DNA of 64,000 bases, from IMG/VR virus record IMGVR_UViG_3300031653_000001, positions 4,681 through 68,680 of that record, one strand, 5' to 3'. The stretch comes from a virus. This document shows, one piece after another, positions 58,608-64,000 of this stretch. The notes beneath the pieces are model-generated. The model had not been told where the DNA came from. It made no database searches and saw only the letters and a list, made by a program, of their open reading frames with translations. The translations under genes and the position numbers were made by a program. Position 1 is the stretch's first letter; each line of letters opens with the position of its first letter.

Positions 58608-59477
58608 TTATTTTTTAAACCAATTGCTTATAAATGCGATTTTTTCAGGAATCCCCCAGAAAATATCTCTTAAAATAAGTTTTATAACAACCATTTTTTG
58701 GCTATTGCCTTTATTCAAATAAACTTTAAAAAGATAATGAAGAAAAGGAACTACAGAAATTTTTTCTATTTGTTCATATAAATCTTTCGGCTTTAAATAA
58801 TCTATCTTCTTTACTAGCTCAAAAAAATTCAACTCTGAACCTATTGCCTCTTCAATACTAACACCAGAAACTATTTTAGAAATAGTAGATACCATTTTTC
58901 TTATATCTGGATAAAAAGATTTTATTAATTGTGCTACATCTATTTCTGTTATATCTAATCCTTCTTTTTTTGCGATTGACAAGATTTTTTCTTCAATTTG
59001 TTCTTTTGGAGGATGTGAAAAATCTAACTCAACACATCTACTTCTAATTGGTTTTATTATTTTATTTTTGTTATTAGTAGTAAGAATATAATAGGCGTTT
59101 TTTAAAAATTTTCCCTCCATTAAATCTTTTAATGCTTTTTGTGATGTTGATGTTAGCTGTTCTGCTTCTGACAACAACACTACCTTCTTATTGCCATTAA
59201 AACTATATGTTCTTATAAAAGGCTCTATGCTATCTCTTACAATATCTATACCCCTTTGAGACGAGGCGTTTAAACTCAAAGATTCGTGTTCTAATGTATT
59301 TGTAATTATATAGCTTAATGTCGTTTTGCCAGTGCCAGGGGCATCTGAATACAATAAAAGATTAGGAGTATTATTTTGCTCAATATATTTTTTTATAAGG
59401 TTTTTTATTGCGCTTGGCAAAATAATATTTTCTATTGTTTTTGGTCTATATTTTTCTGTTAGTATTTTATTATTCAT
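58608..59477 (-). CDS. Clamp loader ATPase (RFC-small/T4 gp44-like)
   Basis: EKYRP, PGTGKTT, LNASSQRGID, SEAE, IRSRC. Confidence 0.9.
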   Translation of the reverse strand: MNNKILTEKYRPKTIENIILPSAIKNLIKKYIEQNNTPNLLLYSDAPGTGKTTLSYIITNTLEHESLSLNASSQRGIDIVRDSIEPFIRTYSFNGNKKVVLLSEAEQLTSTSQKALKDLMEGKFLKNAYYILTTNNKNKIIKPIRSRCVELDFSHPPKEQIEEKILSIAKKEGLDITEIDVAQLIKSFYPDIRKMVSTISKIVSGVSIEEAIGSELNFFELVKKIDYLKPKDLYEQIEKISVVPFLHYLFKVYLNKGNSQKMVVIKLILRDIFWGIPEKIAFISNWFKK

Positions 59478-60584
59478 TTATTTTCCTCCAAAATTAACAA
59501 AACTCAAAATATATTTTATAACTGGGACTGTAAATCCATTTCCTATCATTTTATATCGTTGTGTGTTTGAAACTCCTTTGGTGTAATTATCTGGTATCCC
59601 TTGAAGTCTCTCACATTCTAAAGGAGTCAATTTTCTTATATAATCTTTAACTGATAACATACTATCTGTTTGAACAGATGTAAGCGCATTTGCTTTTTTA
59701 TCTTTTCTGATTTCCAATTGCTTTCCTTTATGGTTTCTTGTTCTTTTAGCCACCCCCTTAATTAAATATAATCCTGTTTTAGCTTCCGCTGATAAACTGA
59801 CAGATTTACCTTTTATACTGTATACTCTATCTCCTTGTCCACCTTTACCAATTTTGCCTATTCTTACGGGTTTGCTAATAACATCTTGTTGTGTTGCATT
59901 TCCAGTAACTCCACAACCAGCCTCAATTGTTCTACTTTTATTAAATACTATACTTTTGTTATGGTCTGACCATAACCCATAAAACTTAGAAATATTATGA
60001 TCCAAAATATCTTTTAAATAAATGTGTTTATCTTTTGGTTGTTTAATTGTTGTTTTCATATCACCAAATAAAGTATATTTTTCTGTTTTAATATTTGTCC
60101 AATATAATCTTTCTCTATTTTGGGCTGTTAAAAGAGCAGAATTTATCATAATTGGCAACACGTCTAAATTTCTAGTTATAATTTGTTTGTTTTTTCTATC
60201 CATACTATTTACATTTTCTAATAAAAAATATTTTGGTTTACATTCTTTTAATAATCTAACATACTCATAAAACAAACAACTTCTTAAACCATTTAATCCG
60301 GCTCTATCCTTTTTGGCTATAGATAAATCTTGACAGGGCGAACCTCCAATAAACAAATCAATCTGAGGAATTTGGTTTGTTCCAAAATTGTGAAACAAAG
60401 TCCCATCCCTATATTTAACATTTTTGACATTTCCTAATTGTATTGTATCAGGATAGTTTTTCATAGCAATTTTTATAGCATATTTGTCTATTTCAAAAGC
60501 ATAATAATTACACTTTACCCCTAATTGGTCTAATGCTATTCTTGCTCCAGAAAATCCATCAAAAAGACTTAAAACATTTATCAT
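59478..60584 (-). CDS. DNA cytosine-C5 methyltransferase
   Basis: LSLFDG, GGSPCQDLS, LLENV, QNRERLYW, RKLTPLECERLQG, IGNG. Confidence 0.95.
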   Translation of the reverse strand: MINVLSLFDGFSGARIALDQLGVKCNYYAFEIDKYAIKIAMKNYPDTIQLGNVKNVKYRDGTLFHNFGTNQIPQIDLFIGGSPCQDLSIAKKDRAGLNGLRSCLFYEYVRLLKECKPKYFLLENVNSMDRKNKQIITRNLDVLPIMINSALLTAQNRERLYWTNIKTEKYTLFGDMKTTIKQPKDKHIYLKDILDHNISKFYGLWSDHNKSIVFNKSRTIEAGCGVTGNATQQDVISKPVRIGKIGKGGQGDRVYSIKGKSVSLSAEAKTGLYLIKGVAKRTRNHKGKQLEIRKDKKANALTSVQTDSMLSVKDYIRKLTPLECERLQGIPDNYTKGVSNTQRYKMIGNGFTVPVIKYILSFVNFGGK

Positions 60585-61588
60585 AATTTTACTGGCAATA
60601 ATAACACTATTTTACTCCCTTCTTTACAAGAAATTAAATGTTCTCCATCTATGGGGATGTCTATTCTTGTAATATCTTCATCAAAAACACTTAAAAAATC
60701 CAATAAATAATTGGGGTTAAACCCTATCGTAAGTTTCCTTGTTGCTTTACAATCCATAGAATCGGTAAAATTACCTGTGTCGCTATCTTTACTTACTGTA
60801 AGTTTATCTTTTGTTATTTCTAATTTTATTACCAAATCGTTTTCAGAAACCAAAGGCATTGTGGCCTTAACTAACCTCATCAGTTCTTTATTATCTACCT
60901 CAACATAGTCTTTGTAATCAGGAATGTATTTTTTTACATCAGGAAATTCTCCAACAATTTTTCTTTGATAAAATACCCCATCTGCTGTTGTTATAATTAT
61001 ATCATTTTCGCATATATCAATTTTTTCTATTAAATGTTTCGTTAATTCTGGTTTTATAAAAAAATCTAGTTTTGTTTTAGTTTCTTTTAGTAAAACTCGC
61101 CGACCATCGGAACTACAAACAAAATTATCACCAAAATAGATGTTTTCTAAAACATATTTTGTGCCATCGCCAGAAACAAATTTAGCAAACTCGCTGTAAT
61201 TTTTGTCTAATTTTATAGTTTGTAATATCTTTTTCTCCTGAAAAACATTAGGAAAATCATCAACATCAAGAGTATGTATCTTATATTTGTTTATTTTTAC
61301 ATTATTTTTATTTAACTCTATTTTAACCTCACCTGGCAAATTGGCAATTATTTTGACTAATAGGTTTTCGTTTATAACAATCTTTCCTTCTTTTTCTACT
61401 TTTGCGTTTATCTCAACAACAGAGGTTATGTCTAAATTTGTCTTAACTAATGTTAGTTTATTGTTTTTTGCCTGAAACAAAATTCCCTGTAATATTCCCT
61501 GTAATATTGGTTGCAATGAATTAGTTTTAATTATATTTGTTGTTTTTAACCCATTTACCAAATCTTTTTTATCAACTGTTATTTTCAT
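60581..61588 (-). CDS. dnaN: DNA polymerase III beta sliding clamp
   Basis: PILQGIL, TNLD, DDFP, SDGRR, GEFPD, IGFNPNYLLD, LLLPV. Confidence 0.9.
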   Translation of the reverse strand: MKITVDKKDLVNGLKTTNIIKTNSLQPILQGILQGILFQAKNNKLTLVKTNLDITSVVEINAKVEKEGKIVINENLLVKIIANLPGEVKIELNKNNVKINKYKIHTLDVDDFPNVFQEKKILQTIKLDKNYSEFAKFVSGDGTKYVLENIYFGDNFVCSSDGRRVLLKETKTKLDFFIKPELTKHLIEKIDICENDIIITTADGVFYQRKIVGEFPDVKKYIPDYKDYVEVDNKELMRLVKATMPLVSENDLVIKLEITKDKLTVSKDSDTGNFTDSMDCKATRKLTIGFNPNYLLDFLSVFDEDITRIDIPIDGEHLISCKEGSKIVLLLPVKL

Positions 61589-61612
61589 CTTGTGCCTCCT
61601 TTTAAAATTCAG

Positions 61613-61871
61613 TTAGAAACGACCTTGTTCTTTTGACCCCTTTTTCTGCCACCTCTCGCACCATAATATCTGGCTGAATAACAGGTCAAAATCTTCATAA
61701 TATCCTCTGCCAATTCTTCTTCATACTTCTGCGTCTTGTCTTGGATTATCTCCACCTTGATACCCAAATTTCTGTCTTAAAAGACTTCAATTTAAGCCTA
61801 TTAGCAAGCGTTTTAAGGGTATTTATGCTGACCCCGAGATACTTACTGGCTTCTGTTGTTTTTAGGATCAT
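61613..61871 (-). pseudogene. IS607-family TnpA (serine recombinase) relic with internal deletion
   Basis: 61871-61746 encodes MILKTTEASKYLGVSINTLKTLA (MerR-like HTH); another frame ending at 61613 encodes EEELAEDIMKILTCYSARYYGAR; catalytic core absent. Confidence 0.8.
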
Positions 61872-62449
61872 ATCTCATTCCCCCATGAGTCCCACCCCTG
61901 CACTTTTTCTCTTGCAAAAAGCTCTATTCGGGGTAAATCACCAAATAATTTTACAATTTCATTTCTTATAATCGGAGGCTTTTTAGAATGTCCTATTCTG
62001 TGATGCAAAACTACTTGTCTAACATTTTTTTCTTTTCTTTTATTTCCCATTTTTCCTTTTATTCCTAACAAACATAATTCAATCCCACCAAGCGTCCAGT
62101 ATCCTAATCTACAATTTGGTATTCCAGAACGAGATGTTTTTACCCAACAAAATGCTATCTGTTTATAATCAAACCCCCAGCTTTTAAGAATATCTATTCC
62201 AAAATCTAATCTTGAATTGACAACCCATAAAAATAAAGCACAATTATCATCTGTTATTTTCCCTATTGACAAATCTTTTAATTCCTCATCTTTCATCAAT
62301 GAATATCGTAATTCCGCACCATAACCACTTAATCTGCTTCTACTTACTTTTCCAAAGTTACCCTTAAAATACCAGGGTGGGTCAGCATATATTATTTGGT
62401 ATCTTTTATTAATTGTCCCTAATTCTTTTTTCTTTTCTGGTCTTTTCAT
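61868..62449 (-). CDS. MT-A70-family adenine methyltransferase
   Basis: IIYADPPW, ALFLW, WGFDY, WVK, HSKKP, RIELFAR, GWDSWGNE. Confidence 0.92.
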   Translation of the reverse strand: MKRPEKKKELGTINKRYQIIYADPPWYFKGNFGKVSRSRLSGYGAELRYSLMKDEELKDLSIGKITDDNCALFLWVVNSRLDFGIDILKSWGFDYKQIAFCWVKTSRSGIPNCRLGYWTLGGIELCLLGIKGKMGNKRKEKNVRQVVLHHRIGHSKKPPIIRNEIVKLFGDLPRIELFAREKVQGWDSWGNEI

Positions 62450-62453
62450 TTTT

Positions 62454-62639
62454 CTACTCCTTCCGCATATTGCGTATTTGTTCAAGAATAAACTTCTCAT
62501 GTTCATCCATCATCTCCTGCAATTCCTTAACCGTCATTTCCTCATCCAAAGGCTCAAAAAAGTAAACTCTTTCGCCCTCAGTTTCAAAATACTTTTTAGT
62601 TACTTTAGTGATTTTCATAGTGTTTTTACCTCCAAACAC
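62454..62639 (-). CDS. Hypothetical protein
   Basis: GGAGG RBS before internal Met. Confidence 0.5.
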   Translation of the reverse strand: MFGGKNTMKITKVTKKYFETEGERVYFFEPLDEEMTVKELQEMMDEHEKFILEQIRNMRKE

Positions 62640-62708
62640 CCATTGTTTTTAATCGTTCTTTGTTTATTTTGGTCGGTTTTCATAAGCAGTTACTACCTCC
62701 TTTATACA

Positions 62709-62739
62709 ATTATACCATATTTATATATACGAAATCTAA
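62709..62739 (-). promoter_or_regulatory. Phage promoter TTCGTA-N13-TATAAT
   Basis: TTAGATTTCGTATATATAAATATGGTATAAT followed by AAAGGAGG. Confidence 0.7.
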
Positions 62740-62746
62740 CCAATAT

Positions 62747-63484
62747 TTAAAATAACCTTTTTTGTTTCCTATAATTATTTATTCTTGTTTTTCCAATTTC
62801 AACATATTCTTTATTTTCATCACAACAAATCCATTTTCTTTTAAGTTCTTCACAAGCTAATGCTGTGGTAAAACTACCAGCAAAATAATCTAATACCAAA
62901 TCGTTTTCGTTAGAATGTATCTTAACCAAATATTTTATCAAATCCAGATTTTTTTGTGAAGGATGATTGATATTGCCATCTGGCTTAGTGGGAAAATTTA
63001 ACAAATCCCTTTGTTGTTTTCCTCCATTCAATATTTTTGCTAAATTATAATTAAATGTTTTTACTTTACCTTTGCTAAAATAATTTATATATTCACAACT
63101 ATAACTATATAACCCTATTTGTTTTGCAAATTTTATAGGCATTGCGTTTCCCTTAAACCAAGTTATAAAATTTCTAAAGGTAAATATATCTCTTAACCAA
63201 ATATGAATATCAAAAGCATTGTAAAATATACCAAAAACCAAAATAGACCCTCCTTCTCTCATTACTCTGTAACTTTCTTTGAATGAGTTTATCATCAATT
63301 CTTTATACTCTTTTGGCGTATAACTATCCCATTTTTCGGATATTCTTTTATAAGATTTTTCTTTTATTTCAAAATTACTTTCTTTACAGTTATATGGTGG
63401 ATCAATTAAAACCAAATCAACCGTTTTATCCTGTATCTTTTTTAATAGTTCAAAATTATTACTTAAAATGGGTTCATTTAACAT
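62747..63484 (-). CDS. N4C/N6A DNA methyltransferase (beta class)
   Basis: VLIDPPYN, HPSQKN, VLDYFAGSFTT; ends QKRLF. Confidence 0.92.
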   Translation of the reverse strand: MLNEPILSNNFELLKKIQDKTVDLVLIDPPYNCKESNFEIKEKSYKRISEKWDSYTPKEYKELMINSFKESYRVMREGGSILVFGIFYNAFDIHIWLRDIFTFRNFITWFKGNAMPIKFAKQIGLYSYSCEYINYFSKGKVKTFNYNLAKILNGGKQQRDLLNFPTKPDGNINHPSQKNLDLIKYLVKIHSNENDLVLDYFAGSFTTALACEELKRKWICCDENKEYVEIGKTRINNYRKQKRLF

Positions 63485-63812
63485 TTCGCCAACCTTTTAT
63501 TTTCCATAAAATTGATTCCTCAGCTTCAATAAGTTTATGTTTTGTTTCTGGTTCATAATTACTTTCCTCAGCCCCACATCTATCACAATAATAAGCATAT
63601 GCCTCTGGAGGCAAGTTCCAACCACCCCAACCACCCTTGACTTTACAACCTTTTATATGGCATACCATTCTTTTGCAAAACTGAGGAACATCATAATAAA
63701 AATAAGTATATAAAATATAAAGGATATTCCACAAGATAAGAGGTTTAGCTTTTTTATCAATTAAGTCAATCAATTCTTCTTCTATCCAAATATCAATATC
63801 TTTTAATTTCAT
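63474..63812 (-). CDS. Hypothetical Zn-binding protein
   Basis: AAAGGAG RBS, ATG at 63812; CHIKGC...CDRCG. Confidence 0.55.
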   Translation of the reverse strand: MKLKDIDIWIEEELIDLIDKKAKPLILWNILYILYTYFYYDVPQFCKRMVCHIKGCKVKGGWGGWNLPPEAYAYYCDRCGAEESNYEPETKHKLIEAEESILWKIKGWRNVK

Positions 63813-64000
63813 CCCCTCTCCTTTGGTTTGGGGTGGGGTAAAAATAATACACACCATTATCAACAATCCCACAATATGGACACTTAACGTCACCATTTTC
63901 AAATTCTATTTCATCATATACAGTTTCCATTTTTGCTAAGCTAAATTCTTTGTTGCAAAGAATACACTTGAAAACAACATCATTTGGGTCTGGGCATCTA

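Noticed and set aside
61789-61823. Possible third copy of the dispersed element (AATTTAAGCCTATT...GCGTTTTAAGGGTATT)
   Set aside because: Lies inside the IS607 HTH coding sequence and lacks the 57-bp core, so probably coincidental
1-64000. tRNA/rRNA genes, integrase and att sites
   Set aside because: None recognised by eye; tRNAscan-SE and an HMM search would be needed to exclude them fully

Overview
An AT-rich 64 kb stretch of a tailed dsDNA bacteriophage genome (siphovirus-like, HK97-fold capsid), with no host chromosome visible. Two gene arms converge at about 39.57 kb. The + arm (1-39.57 kb) holds small early genes, tail tube, prohead protease, major capsid, a roughly 9.5 kb glycan-biosynthesis block, head-tail and tail genes, and an intein-containing large terminase. 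The glycan block contains GT9, GT2 and KpsS-like transferases, RmlA, RmlB, a eukaryote/giant-virus-type NRS/ER epimerase-reductase and three methyltransferases. The - arm (39.57-64 kb) holds DeoC, portal, a probable small terminase, an apparently split ECF-like sigma factor, RuvC, a Cas4-like exonuclease, RecA, RNA ligase, an M42 peptidase, a split family-B polymerase, nucleotide-pool enzymes, a clamp loader, a DnaN clamp, DNA methyltransferases and an internally deleted IS607 tnpA relic. Most notable: (1) a transcription cascade readable in the sequence: four TTYGYA-N13-TATAAT promoters, one driving a two-ORF sigma factor, plus two identical TGAAAC-N16-CGTC ECF-type promoters heading the structural operons; (2) a probable virion-glycosylation system with its own dTDP-rhamnose supply and a Ser/Thr-repeat candidate substrate beside a GT4; (3) QKxLF clamp-binding tails on both PolB and a DNA methyltransferase; (4) a twice-repeated non-coding element next to tandem palindromes. 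All protein calls rest on motif recognition by eye; no database searches were run.
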